From NCBI GenBank assembly GCA_963662335.2, contig CAXXVD010000001.1:512001-576000 (forward strand): a DNA stretch of 64,000 nt. Reading direction: 5' to 3'. The notes under the pieces were generated by a model, which had not been told where the DNA came from, ran no database searches, and saw only the letters and a list, made by a program, of their open reading frames with translations. The stretch is from Chloroflexota bacterium. GTDB lineage: Bacteria > Chloroflexota > UBA11872 > VXOZ01. The translations under genes were made by a program, and so were the position numbers. Each line of letters opens with the position of its first letter. Within the stretch, counting starts at the first letter, position 1. This document shows, piece by piece, positions 38,737 through 48,107 of the stretch.

Positions 38737-40353
38737 TCACGACGCCACCTCGCGGAAGTTCTGCTTCAGCCAGTCGGAGACGTACAGCGCCAGGGCCTGA
38801 ATGGTGCTGGTAGGATTGACGGCGGCTGAAGTGACAAACAGGCTGCCATCGATGATGAACAGATTGGGCACGTCGTGGGCGCGTCCGTGACCGTCCACGA
38901 CGGAATTGGCGGGATCGTCGCCCATGCGCGCCGTGCCCATCAGGTGCCAACCCGTCTCCCGCGTGAGCGGTTGGTTCATTATCTGTGCAGCCCCGGCGGC
39001 GTCCATGAGGTCCCGCGCCCGCGCGATTGCGTAATCCAGATTCCTTCTGCTGTTCTCACTAACGCTGTACACAATCCTCGGCGCCGGTATGCCGTTGCCG
39101 TCCGCCAAAGCCGGGTCGATCTCCACACGATTGTGCGCCTCGGGCAGGTCTTCGATCATGACGCCGATCGTCAGCGAGTGCGCGCTGCGCTCGCGTTGTA
39201 CGCGATGGTGTTCTGCGCCCCAGGGGACCGCTTCACCGGGAAAGTTGCCAAGCGCAGTGGAGAGCGGGCCGCTTTCGCGGCCCATCTGGAGTTGAAAGCC
39301 ACGCACGAAGCCTCTGCGTGTATCGGTCTCATAGAATTCCTGACAGTGAACAACCATGCCGAGCGGCCCCACGTAAGCGTCTGTTGGCTCGCTGAAGACG
39401 CCGGTCACAAACGTCACGGGGTGAAACATGAGGTGTGTGCCGACCAGGCCGTTCGAATTGGCGAGTCCGTGGGGGAAGAGACTGGAAACTGAGTTGAGCA
39501 GCAGACGCGGCGTGCCGACCCCGTTGCAGGCGACGACGACGACCCGCGCCCGTTGCTGGGCAATGCCGCCGTCCGCGGTGTAGTAGACCGCGCCGTTGGC
39601 GCGGCCGCGGCGGTCTACCGTGATCTCGCGCACGCGGGCGCGGGTGATGAGGCGCGCGCCCTTGGCCACCGCCGCCGGCCAGTAGGTCACGTGGGCGCTA
39701 GAAATGGCCCCGCGCGGGCAGCCCATGTCGCACGGGCCGCAGTAGTTGCACTCCTGCCGCCCTTCGCCATAGGGCGCGGTGATGAGGGCGTTGTCCGTCG
39801 GCCACCAGTGCCAGCCCAATTCTTCCAGGCCGCGAACATAGGCTTTGGTGGCGGCATCGAGACCGAGCGGCGGCGTCTGGCGCGGCGTGCGCTCCGGATT
39901 GGCAGGATCGCCCGCGAGGCCCGACACACCGACGTTGGCGTCGTTTTGCTCGTAGTACGGCGCCAGGTCCCAATACGTCAGGGGCCAGTCGTCAGCGACG
40001 CCATCCAGCGTCTTCACCCGGAAGTCCGAGGGCCGAAAACGCGGAAAGTGGCCGCTCCAATGGATGGTGCTGCCGCCAACGGCGTTGAACATCAGCGGCA
40101 CAATGGGCGTGTCGTCGTTGTTGAGCGGATAGTCTTCCGGCCGCTGCCGCGCGTTGGGATCTTTGGCGAAATCGGTCTGCCGGTGCAACTCCCAGTCGAC
40201 ACCGGCGTGGGGATAGTCCGCGGGCTCGACCCAGTCGCCTTGCTCCAGGCACACGACGTCCAGGCCGCCTGAGGCCAGCGACCAGGCCGCCGCCGCGCCG
40301 GACGCGCCGGCGCCGATGATCAATACGTCCGCTACGTCATGCGCTTGCGCCAC
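38737..40353 (-). CDS. GMC family FAD oxidoreductase (copy 2)
   Basis: Same motifs; GTG start after AAGGAG. Confidence 0.92.
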   Translation of the reverse strand: MAQAHDVADVLIIGAGASGAAAAWSLASGGLDVVCLEQGDWVEPADYPHAGVDWELHRQTDFAKDPNARQRPEDYPLNNDDTPIVPLMFNAVGGSTIHWSGHFPRFRPSDFRVKTLDGVADDWPLTYWDLAPYYEQNDANVGVSGLAGDPANPERTPRQTPPLGLDAATKAYVRGLEELGWHWWPTDNALITAPYGEGRQECNYCGPCDMGCPRGAISSAHVTYWPAAVAKGARLITRARVREITVDRRGRANGAVYYTADGGIAQQRARVVVVACNGVGTPRLLLNSVSSLFPHGLANSNGLVGTHLMFHPVTFVTGVFSEPTDAYVGPLGMVVHCQEFYETDTRRGFVRGFQLQMGRESGPLSTALGNFPGEAVPWGAEHHRVQRERSAHSLTIGVMIEDLPEAHNRVEIDPALADGNGIPAPRIVYSVSENSRRNLDYAIARARDLMDAAGAAQIMNQPLTRETGWHLMGTARMGDDPANSVVDGHGRAHDVPNLFIIDGSLFVTSAAVNPTSTIQALALYVSDWLKQNFREVAS

Positions 40354-40538
40354 GCGCCCGCTCCTTTTGACCGGCATTGGGCAGGGATATCTGGGTTGAT
40401 TCTGGCGGCAAACCGTTGCGATGTCAATCAAGGCTGCGGCCGGGTCAGCGTGAAGTGTTGGGCAAGGTGCTATAGTGGTCTTGCTCCGCGCCGAATTTGA
40501 CGATTATGGCGAAGGCGATGGCACGAAGGAGAGCGCGC

Positions 40539-41417
40539 ATGGAACGCCGTACGTTGGGCACCACCGGCATCGAAGTCTCGGCCTTTGGGCTGGGCACCTG
40601 GGAGCTTGGCGGATTATGGTGGGGGCCGATTACCGCCGAGGACGGCGCGGCAATCCTACGCCGCGCGCTCGAACTGGGCGTTACCACCTATGACGCTTCC
40701 GACGCCTACGGCAACGGCCGCTCGGAGGTCATCCTGGGCGAGGCCTTTCGCGGGCGGCGTGAAGAGGCAGTCATCGTAACGAAAGCCGGCTACCTGGTGG
40801 GCATCGACGGCGCGCAGACGCTCTTCCTGCAGCGGGACGCGCCGCAGCCCCAATGCTACGAGCCGTGGTACCTCCGCCACGAGTGCGAACTGAGCCTGCG
40901 CCGCCTGCAAACCGACTACATCGACGCGTACCTGCTCCACGACCCGCCGGTGGACGTGGTGCAGCGCGAAGAACCCTGGGAGGCCCTGCGGGAACTGAAG
41001 CAGGCCGGCAAGGCGCGCAGCATTGGGATATCGTCCTCGGTTGCGGCCTGCCTGGAGGCGGTGCGGCGAGGATACGCGGACGTGGTGGAAGTCTCGTACA
41101 GCGTGGCGCTGCCAGAGGCGGCGGCGGAACTCTTCCCGCTCTGCGCGGAAAGAGGCGTCGGCGTGCTGGCGCGTTCGCCGTTCGCCTCCGGGCGTCTCTT
41201 CCAGGACGCGGCGATGGTCGAGCGCCTGACCGAAGAGCTTGTCAAGCCGCCAATCCAGTCCCTCCACGAAGCCGCCATCAAGTTCGTGCTCGCCCACCCC
41301 CACGTCGCTTCCTGCATTACCGGCGTGATGAACACGGCGGAACTGGAAAGCAACGCCCGCGCGGCTCAGCCGCCGTATCTATCTGCTGAGCAGCGCGCAC
41401 TGGTAGAGTCACAGTAA
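40539..41417 (+). CDS. Aldo/keto reductase
   Basis: RTLGTTGIEVSAFGLG, DASDAYGNGRSE, TKAG, SLRRLQTDYIDAYLLH. Confidence 0.92.
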   Translation: MERRTLGTTGIEVSAFGLGTWELGGLWWGPITAEDGAAILRRALELGVTTYDASDAYGNGRSEVILGEAFRGRREEAVIVTKAGYLVGIDGAQTLFLQRDAPQPQCYEPWYLRHECELSLRRLQTDYIDAYLLHDPPVDVVQREEPWEALRELKQAGKARSIGISSSVAACLEAVRRGYADVVEVSYSVALPEAAAELFPLCAERGVGVLARSPFASGRLFQDAAMVERLTEELVKPPIQSLHEAAIKFVLAHPHVASCITGVMNTAELESNARAAQPPYLSAEQRALVESQ

Positions 41418-41542
41418 ATCCGGGCGGCTTCATTCAATCGACCGCAGGACGCCGCCGGCTGTCTGGTGCAGCGACCCTCTTTCGTCTGGTACAGTTTCTG
41501 ACAACACCCATTTGCAGAAGGCACGAACGCGGGAGACAACAC

Positions 41543-42331
41543 ATGAGCGAACAGGCGCCGTCGGATCAGGACGTGCGGCAGCATTTTACGGAGCGGGCGG
41601 CGACGTATACCGGCGGGCAGGGCGACACGGTGGAAGCGATGGTGGAGATGGCCGCGCCCGGGGCCGGAGCGAAGGCGCTGGACGTGGCCACCGGCACGGG
41701 GCTGGTGGCGTTTGCCCTGGGCGCGGAGATTGCGGGGAGCGGCTACGTGATCGGCGTGGACTTTACCGCCGCCATGCTCGCCCGCGCCGCCGAGCAAGAG
41801 GAGGCCAATGGCACGGACCGGCGTGGCGCGCGGATCGCTTTGGCCGCCGCCGACGCCACCCGGCTGCCGTTCCCGGACGGCACGTTCAGCATCGTGACCT
41901 GCCGCTTTAGCGTCCACCACTTCACCCACGCCGTGCCCGCCATGCAAGAAATGGCGCGGGTGCTCGCGCCCGGCGGACGGCTGGTCATCGGCGAGTTCGG
42001 GATGCCGGAGGACGCGCAGAAGGCGGCGTACTTCAACCGCATGGAACGCCTGCGCGGGCACTCCCACGTGCAAGCGTTCAGCCCCAGCCAGTTGCAGGCG
42101 ATGATGGCGGACGTGGGTTGTCCCGTGACGGAAACGCGGCTGCTGGAGCGGCAGATGCTGGCCAGCGAGTGGCTGGAAACCGCCAATACCTCCGATGAGA
42201 ACCGCGAGCAGGTGCGCACCATGCTCTGGGAGGGGCTGGACGACGACCCCTACGGCCTCTCGCCCCAGCGGGAGGGCAATGACCTGCGCCTGACGCGGCA
42301 TGAGGTTGTCCTGAGCGGCCGCCGCGCGTAG
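41543..42331 (+). CDS. Class I SAM-dependent methyltransferase
   Basis: ALDVATGTG, GVDFT..ML, DATRLPFPDGTF, EMARVLAPGG. Confidence 0.9.
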   Translation: MSEQAPSDQDVRQHFTERAATYTGGQGDTVEAMVEMAAPGAGAKALDVATGTGLVAFALGAEIAGSGYVIGVDFTAAMLARAAEQEEANGTDRRGARIALAAADATRLPFPDGTFSIVTCRFSVHHFTHAVPAMQEMARVLAPGGRLVIGEFGMPEDAQKAAYFNRMERLRGHSHVQAFSPSQLQAMMADVGCPVTETRLLERQMLASEWLETANTSDENREQVRTMLWEGLDDDPYGLSPQREGNDLRLTRHEVVLSGRRA

Positions 42332-42389
42332 GGTCGCGACGTGTCGTGGGTTGCGACAACCCGTGGGTCACGACGTGTCGTGACCCCAC
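42328..42389. repeat. Family C-like REP variants overlapping the methyltransferase stop codon
   Basis: GTAGGGTCGCGACGTGTCGTG ... GGGTCACGACGTGTCGTGACCCCAC. Confidence 0.7.
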
Positions 42390-42431
42390 GAACGGTCTCA
42401 CATCCTTGCCGCAAGGATTTCCCCCTCACCC

Positions 42432-42616
42432 CAATGATGGCGCATTAACGTAGCGCGGGGGCTTGTCCCCCGCCGGAGCTATTGCGACTGACACGCACAG
42501 ATGGAACTAGCAGTCTCACACAGCCTGCCCCATACCTGATACGGGGTTACAAAGCTGCGCCACCGGGGATGTTGTACGCGAGTCTTGCCATTGTTCCGTT
42601 TAGTTCGACACCATTA
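42432..42616. mobile_element. 185-bp MITE-like element with IS4-like ends and 10-bp TSD CCCCTCACCC, carrying REP cargo
   Basis: Direct repeats at 42422-42431 and 42617-42626; ends CAATGATGGCGCATTA / TAATGGTGTCGAACTA (11/16); REP-A at 42450-42473. Confidence 0.6.
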
Positions 42617-42640
42617 CCCCTCACCCTAACCCTCTCCCCA

Positions 42641-42786
42641 ACTGACAGTAGTATGTATTCAATAGCCAACTCAACGTGTCATTCCGAACGGAGCGTAGCG
42701 GAGTGTCGAACCCTGTTCGCGGAATCTAGGGCGCAGCCTTAGATTCCGCGCTGCGCTCGGAATGACATTTACATACCCCTGTGAGC
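42641..42786. mobile_element. 146-bp MITE-like element with 9-bp TSD CTCTCCCCA, carrying a TGTCATTCCG doublet
   Basis: Direct repeats at 42632-42640 and 42787-42795; ends ACTGACAGTAGTATGTA / GCTCACAGGGGTATGTA (rc). Confidence 0.65.
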
Positions 42787-42829
42787 CTCTCCCCAGTAGA
42801 GGGAACGGTTGCAGCGCTTTCTCCCCAAC

Positions 42830-43978
42830 ATGGACCCCCTATCCTGGATCGAAGTCAGTCGCGGCGCGCTGCGGCACAATATCGCCGCGTTCAGGGAGCG
42901 GCTGAGCCCCGGCGCCGCGCTATTGGCCGTGGTCAAGGCCAACGCCTACGGCCACGGTTTGGACGTGGTTGCCAGTGCTATCGCCGAAGACGTTGACTGG
43001 TTCGGCGTCAACACGCTGGACGAAGCGCTGGCGCTCCACACCGGCGGTCTCAACGTAACTCAGGACGCCCGCGCGCTGCCGGTGCTGATAATGGGGTACA
43101 CGCCGCCGGGCCAAGCCGCCGCGGTGGCGCGGCATGGCTTCCGGCAGGTGATTTTCGACTACGAGTCCGCCGCGCGCCTGGCGGCAGAGGCGGCGGCGCA
43201 GGGCGTTTCCGCCGCCGTGCACGTGAAGATCGAGACCGGCACCTACCGCCTGGGCGTGGCCTGCGACGAGGCGCTCGCTTTCGTGCAGCGGTTGCGCGCC
43301 TTGCCGAATCTTCACGTGGAAGGCATCTACACCCACTTCGCCACGGCGGAAGATACGGCGGATGACTCGTATTTTCGCTTGCAGATGAGCCGTTTTTCCC
43401 AAGTCCAGGCGGCCCTTGAACAGGCCGGAATCCACGTGCCCTACCAACACATGGCGGCCAGCGCCGCGACCATGGTCGCGCCCGCCGCCCACGGCACGCT
43501 GGCGCGCATCGGCATCGGCCTCTACGGACTGTGGCCCTCGTTGGATACGCAGATTGCCATGACCGAACGCGGCGAGCGCCCGTTCACGCTGCGTCCGGCG
43601 CTGCGCTGGCAGACGCGCATCGTGCAGGTGCGCTCCGTGGCGCGCGGCGAGACCGTGGGCTACGGCCGCACCCACCGCTTGCGGCGCGATTCGCGCTTGG
43701 CGGTAATCCCGGTCGGCTACGCGGACGGCTACGACCGCAAACTTTCAAACCAGGGCGAGGTGGTGGTGCGCGGCAGGTTGGCCCCGGTCGTCGGGCGCGT
43801 GATGATGAATATGACAATCCTCGACGTGACCGGCGTGCCGGCGGCGCAGGTTGGCGATGAGGTGACGCTGCTCGGGCCCGGGCTGCCGGCGGAGCGCCTC
43901 GCCAGCCACGCCGGGACGATCAACTACGAAATCGTAAGCCGCATCAACCCGGACCTGCTGCGCATCGCGGCGCCTTAG
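42830..43978 (+). CDS. alr: Alanine racemase
   Basis: AVVKANAYGHG, HVKIETG..RLG, YTHFATA, VGYG, VGYADG, TINYEI. Confidence 0.95.
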   Translation: MDPLSWIEVSRGALRHNIAAFRERLSPGAALLAVVKANAYGHGLDVVASAIAEDVDWFGVNTLDEALALHTGGLNVTQDARALPVLIMGYTPPGQAAAVARHGFRQVIFDYESAARLAAEAAAQGVSAAVHVKIETGTYRLGVACDEALAFVQRLRALPNLHVEGIYTHFATAEDTADDSYFRLQMSRFSQVQAALEQAGIHVPYQHMAASAATMVAPAAHGTLARIGIGLYGLWPSLDTQIAMTERGERPFTLRPALRWQTRIVQVRSVARGETVGYGRTHRLRRDSRLAVIPVGYADGYDRKLSNQGEVVVRGRLAPVVGRVMMNMTILDVTGVPAAQVGDEVTLLGPGLPAERLASHAGTINYEIVSRINPDLLRIAAP

Positions 43979-44044
43979 CGGCGCGCGCAGTGTGTCTCAG
44001 GCGCTTGGGGGCAGTGTAACTCGGCAATTGCCGCGGTGCCGCTA

Positions 44045-44067
44045 CGCAGGTTGCAAACCTGCGCTAC
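44045..44067 (-). repeat. GTAG-REP family B
   Basis: CGCAGGTTGCAAACCTGCGCTAC. Confidence 0.8.
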
Positions 44068-44121
44068 CGGCGACGCCGCTCCCGCGTTTACGCTGGTGGT
44101 GAACCGGAAGGCGGGCCCGGC

Positions 44122-45018
44122 CTACGCCGGTTGTTCAGCCCCGCGGCGGGAGAAGATGTCCCAATCCACCAGCAGGCTCGCGGCGATGAAGATTGAGGAG
44201 TACGTGCCGGTGGCGGTGCCGATCAGGAGCGCCAGCACGAAGTCCTTGATGGCCAGGCCGCCGAAGAGGTAGAGCGCAAAGAGCGTAATCAGTAGGGTGA
44301 TGGAGGTATTGAGCGAGCGGTCGATCGTCTGGTTGACGCTGAAGTTTACCACCGTGGGCAGCGGCGCGTGGGCGTACTGGGAGCGGTTCTCGCGCACCCG
44401 GTCGAATACCACGATCGTGTCGTGCACCGAATAGCCGATTGCGGTGAGAATGGCCGTGATGAACATAGAGTCGATCTCTTTGTTCACCAGGAATCCCAGC
44501 ACGGAAAAGACGCCCAGCACCACCAGCACGTCGTGCACCAGGGCGCAAATGGCGCAGACGCCGTAGCGGAAGGGTTGCGGCACACGGCGGAACGCCCACG
44601 TGATGTAGACCAGAATGCCGACTGAGGCCACCAGCACCGCCAGTATCGCCCGTTGCGTCAGTTCGCGGGCAATCACCGGCCCCACGGCCTCGAAGCGCAA
44701 CTCCTCCGCCGCGCCGTGTTCTTCCTCCAGGGCGGCGCGCACGGCCCGCTTCTCTTCCAGCCCAAGTTCCTTGGAGCGGATGATCACCGAGCCTTCACCG
44801 GTGGCCTGCACCAGCGGCTCGCCCAAGTCATGCTCCAGGTAGACGAGCTTGATCGCCTCGGTCGGCGGCGTAGCCTGGAAGCGCAATTCGTAGATGGTGC
44901 CGCCGGAAAAGTCGATGCCAAGCTGCAAGCGAAAGATGATGAGCGAGAGGATGCTCGGCGCCAGTATCAGCGCGGAGGCGACGTAGGCCCACTTTCTGCG
45001 GCCAACAATGTCAAACAT
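44122..45018 (-). CDS. secF: Protein translocase subunit SecF
   Basis: LGIDFSGG, VGP, HDV, IGYSVHDTIVVFDRVREN, RSLNTS, GTYSSIFIA. Confidence 0.95.
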   Translation of the reverse strand: MFDIVGRRKWAYVASALILAPSILSLIIFRLQLGIDFSGGTIYELRFQATPPTEAIKLVYLEHDLGEPLVQATGEGSVIIRSKELGLEEKRAVRAALEEEHGAAEELRFEAVGPVIARELTQRAILAVLVASVGILVYITWAFRRVPQPFRYGVCAICALVHDVLVVLGVFSVLGFLVNKEIDSMFITAILTAIGYSVHDTIVVFDRVRENRSQYAHAPLPTVVNFSVNQTIDRSLNTSITLLITLFALYLFGGLAIKDFVLALLIGTATGTYSSIFIAASLLVDWDIFSRRGAEQPA

Positions 45019-45148
45019 GTGGTTCTTCTATCCTGTTTCGCCTGTGGGTGAGTTTGTCATGTTTCTCTGCGCGTGGTGTGCGGCACGGCAGGCATTCAGT
45101 CTGGCCGCGTGACCCGACGTTCCCGCTCATTCTGTGCCAATTCCTACT

Positions 45149-45282
45149 CTGCCCTCGCGGCGAAGTCGCCGCCCTTCCGGCGCAAGTCCCGCCCTTCCGG
45201 CGAAGTTTCCGTCATTCCGGCGAAAGCCGGAATCCATCTTCGCCACGCATACCCTAGATTCCGGCTTTCGCCGGAATGACGG
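45149..45282. repeat. TCATTCCGGC...GCCGGAATCC doublet preceded by 20-bp-period degenerate arm copies
   Basis: Unit starts at 45149, 45169, 45189, 45209; doublet 45209-45282. Confidence 0.8.
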
Positions 45283-45474
45283 AGGCGGAACTCTCCGTGC
45301 ATGGTATGCAGGTTTGCGTTCCCCGCATCTCTAATCGCGCTGGCGTCTTCATCGCAGTACCGTACAATATATCCCAAATCCGCGCCGCCTGAAATCCAAT
45401 TGCCGTACGGCCTCCGCGCGCATTCAGTGCGGCCTGGCGCTAACGGCCTCTTGCCGCTCCAGTCGCGCGGTCTC

Positions 45475-46491
45475 TTACTCCTTCAGTTTCAGCGTCTTGA
45501 GCAGGCGGCTATACAGGGCGCACTCTTCCGCAAAGATGTAGTGCGGCGAGGTAACGGAGACGCTCACGCAGCCGGCCTGCCGCAGGCTGGTGACCGCCGC
45601 CAGCACGTCCCGCGACTTCACCTGCACGGTCACGGCAAACCAGTTTTCTTCCCGTTCTTCTCTGGCAAAGACCCGCGCAACGGTTGGGCCCAGCAAGCCG
45701 CTCACCTCGGGAAAGGCCGCCAGCGTGGCCGCCACCGCCGCCGCGGATTCGCCCTGGATGTTGGCGGTGAGCGTCGAATACGGTTGGGCGCGGCGCGAGG
45801 CTTCCACGAACTCCAGGATTTGCCGCAGCGCCTGCCGCTTCTCCGCGCTGGCGCGCAGCCGTTCGCGGTTGCCGATCAAGCACGCCTGGGTAGACAGTAT
45901 CACGCCGTGTTCGATCATCTTCAGCCGGTTGTCCTTGAGCGTCCCGCCGGTGGAGACCAGATCGACGATGATGTCCGCGTAGCCCAGGGTGGGGGCGGCT
46001 TCCAGACCGCCCTCGGCCTGCACCACGTGGAAGTAGGTGATGCCCTGCTGGAAGAGAAACCGGCGCGTCAGGATAGGGAACGTGGTGGCGATGCGGAGCA
46101 CCCGGCCGCGCTCGCGAAACTCCAGCGCCACTTCGGCCAGATCGGTCAACGTGCGCACGTCGATCCAGGCCTCTGGCACGGCAATTGCCAGCCGCCCCTG
46201 AGAGTAGCCCAAGTCTTCCGCCACCACCACCAAATCGTCGCCTTCCTGCCGCATTTCGGAGAGAATGTCGAAACCGGTGATGCCGGCGTCGGCGTCGCCG
46301 TCGCGGATCTGCTCCACCAGTTGCCACGCCCGTTGGAAGAGCGCGGTCACGTCGGCTACCGCCGGCAGCGCGGCTTCGTACGCCCGCGAGTGGGGACGGG
46401 CAACGCTCAGGCCGCACTGCGCCAGGAACTCAAGGGTCTGCTCCCCAATGCGGCCTTTGCTCGGCACGAGGAGGCGCAGCGCTTCAGCCAT
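45475..46491 (-). CDS. hisG: ATP phosphoribosyltransferase, long form
   Basis: VPSKGR, DAGITGFD, DLGY, RIATTFP, ADIIVDLVSTGGTLKDNRL, C-terminal GPTV regulatory domain. Confidence 0.92.
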   Translation of the reverse strand: MAEALRLLVPSKGRIGEQTLEFLAQCGLSVARPHSRAYEAALPAVADVTALFQRAWQLVEQIRDGDADAGITGFDILSEMRQEGDDLVVVAEDLGYSQGRLAIAVPEAWIDVRTLTDLAEVALEFRERGRVLRIATTFPILTRRFLFQQGITYFHVVQAEGGLEAAPTLGYADIIVDLVSTGGTLKDNRLKMIEHGVILSTQACLIGNRERLRASAEKRQALRQILEFVEASRRAQPYSTLTANIQGESAAAVAATLAAFPEVSGLLGPTVARVFAREEREENWFAVTVQVKSRDVLAAVTSLRQAGCVSVSVTSPHYIFAEECALYSRLLKTLKLKE

Positions 46492-48085
46492 CGACTTCAT
46501 CCCAGACGCCGAGCGCCTGCGCCACGTCGCTGAGCGGCAGAGATTGTTCGGTTCCCTCCGCGAGATTGTGGAGAGTCGGACGCGCCGCGCCGTCCTCAAC
46601 CAGCAGGAGGTAGGGGATCTGCCGGCGGTTGGCGTAGCTAATGCGCGCGCGGGGAGCGCGTTGGCGCAGGTCGAATTCCGTTTGGATGCCGCGCTCCCGC
46701 AGCCGTTGCGCCGCGCGCATGGCGGCGTGGGCGGCCGCGGGCGCCGTTGCCGCCACTAATACCTGTGTTCGCGGCGGCGCGGGCAGGGCAGTTCCTTGCC
46801 GCGCCAGCGCCAAGCCAAGCCGCTCCAAGCCAAAGGCAAAGCCAACCGCCGGGATCGACTTGCGGCTGCCAAGCGCTTGCACCAGTTCGTTGTAGCGGCC
46901 GCCGCCGCACAACTGGCTCTGGCCGGATTCAGCGTACACTTCGAACACCACGTCGGTGTAGTAATGGAGACCGCGCCCCAGGGCGAGTTGCACCTCTATC
47001 TGCGCATCCTCGATACCGTGCGCGGACAACGCGCCGATCACGTCGGCGAGGCGGTCCAGCGGCCGGTCGCCCAGGCCGTACCCGGCCAGAAAGTCCCGCG
47101 CGCGCGCCAGCACCTGGCCCGGCGGACCCGCAAGTTCGTGCAGGCCCTGAATGAACGCGAAGGCGCGCTCCAGCAGTTCATCCTCAGCGGAGGCGCGCTG
47201 CTTGCGAAACATGCGGCCCAGGATAGCATCCGCCGGTCGGCTGCCGTTCAACTCGATACCCATCTCCGCCAGCGAGGCGCGCAGTGTAGCCTGCGCCTGC
47301 GCCTCATCGCCGGTCACATCGTTCTCCTCTGCGCCGACCTGCACTCCGGCGCCGGTCACCCCATTCTCCCCACCACCGGCCGGCGCCCCTTCTCCCGTTC
47401 GCGCTGAGCCTGTCGAAGCACCCATTGGCGCGCCCGACTGCCGCGCCGGATGGATCTCCGCCAACCGTTTGCGCACGTAGTCCAGGCCGCGCCCGGGCCG
47501 CCCCACGTCTTCCATGCTATCCAGCAGGAAGTGCCGCAGGCGCGTCGAGAGCCCCAAGCTGCCCAGCAGTTCCAACAGAATGCCCACGTGGCCGATCACC
47601 AGCCGGTACTTTTGAATGCCCAGCCGCTTGAGAGTCCAGCAGGCCAGGGCGATCACTTCCGCGTCGGCGGCCGGGCCGTCGCTGCCAAATAGCTCCACGC
47701 CGGCCATCGAGAACTGCCGGTAGCGGCCGCGCTGCGGTTTCTCATAGCGAAACGCGGGCCCGGCGTAGGCGTAGCGCAGCGGGAACGGCGCGTTCCGGTC
47801 GTTGCTCAGGTAGTAGCGCACGATGGACGCCGTGAATTCCGGGCGCAGCGCCAGGCGGCGGCCGCTGAAATCTTCGAACGTGTACATCTTGGAGATGATC
47901 TCGGCGCCGGACTTGCGCAGGTAGAGATCGGTCTGCTCCACCAGCGGCACGTCGATTGGCGTATAGCCGGCAAGCTGGAACGCGGCGAGCACAGACTGGC
48001 GTAGCTGCGCCTGCGCGTGGGCCTGCTGGGCACCAAGGTCCAGCATCCCCCGGACGGAGTCGACGGGACGGGTGGCTAGCGGCAT
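46484..48085 (-). CDS. hisZ: HisS/HisZ-family protein (ATP-PRT regulatory subunit or histidyl-tRNA synthetase) with enlarged insertion domain
   Basis: LRPEFTASI, FRYEKPQRGRYRQF, RGLHYYT, GGGRYNEL, GFAFGLERL and an anticodon-like C-domain; overlaps the hisG start; HisZ versus HisS unresolved. Confidence 0.7.
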   Translation of the reverse strand: MPLATRPVDSVRGMLDLGAQQAHAQAQLRQSVLAAFQLAGYTPIDVPLVEQTDLYLRKSGAEIISKMYTFEDFSGRRLALRPEFTASIVRYYLSNDRNAPFPLRYAYAGPAFRYEKPQRGRYRQFSMAGVELFGSDGPAADAEVIALACWTLKRLGIQKYRLVIGHVGILLELLGSLGLSTRLRHFLLDSMEDVGRPGRGLDYVRKRLAEIHPARQSGAPMGASTGSARTGEGAPAGGGENGVTGAGVQVGAEENDVTGDEAQAQATLRASLAEMGIELNGSRPADAILGRMFRKQRASAEDELLERAFAFIQGLHELAGPPGQVLARARDFLAGYGLGDRPLDRLADVIGALSAHGIEDAQIEVQLALGRGLHYYTDVVFEVYAESGQSQLCGGGRYNELVQALGSRKSIPAVGFAFGLERLGLALARQGTALPAPPRTQVLVAATAPAAAHAAMRAAQRLRERGIQTEFDLRQRAPRARISYANRRQIPYLLLVEDGAARPTLHNLAEGTEQSLPLSDVAQALGVWDEVDG

Positions 48086-48107
48086 AGCGGGGTAATTGCC
48101 TATGGTC

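Noticed and set aside
45092-45428. GCATTCAGT direct repeat as a TSD around the secF-hisG gap
   Set aside because: No terminal inverted repeats inside it; may be chance.
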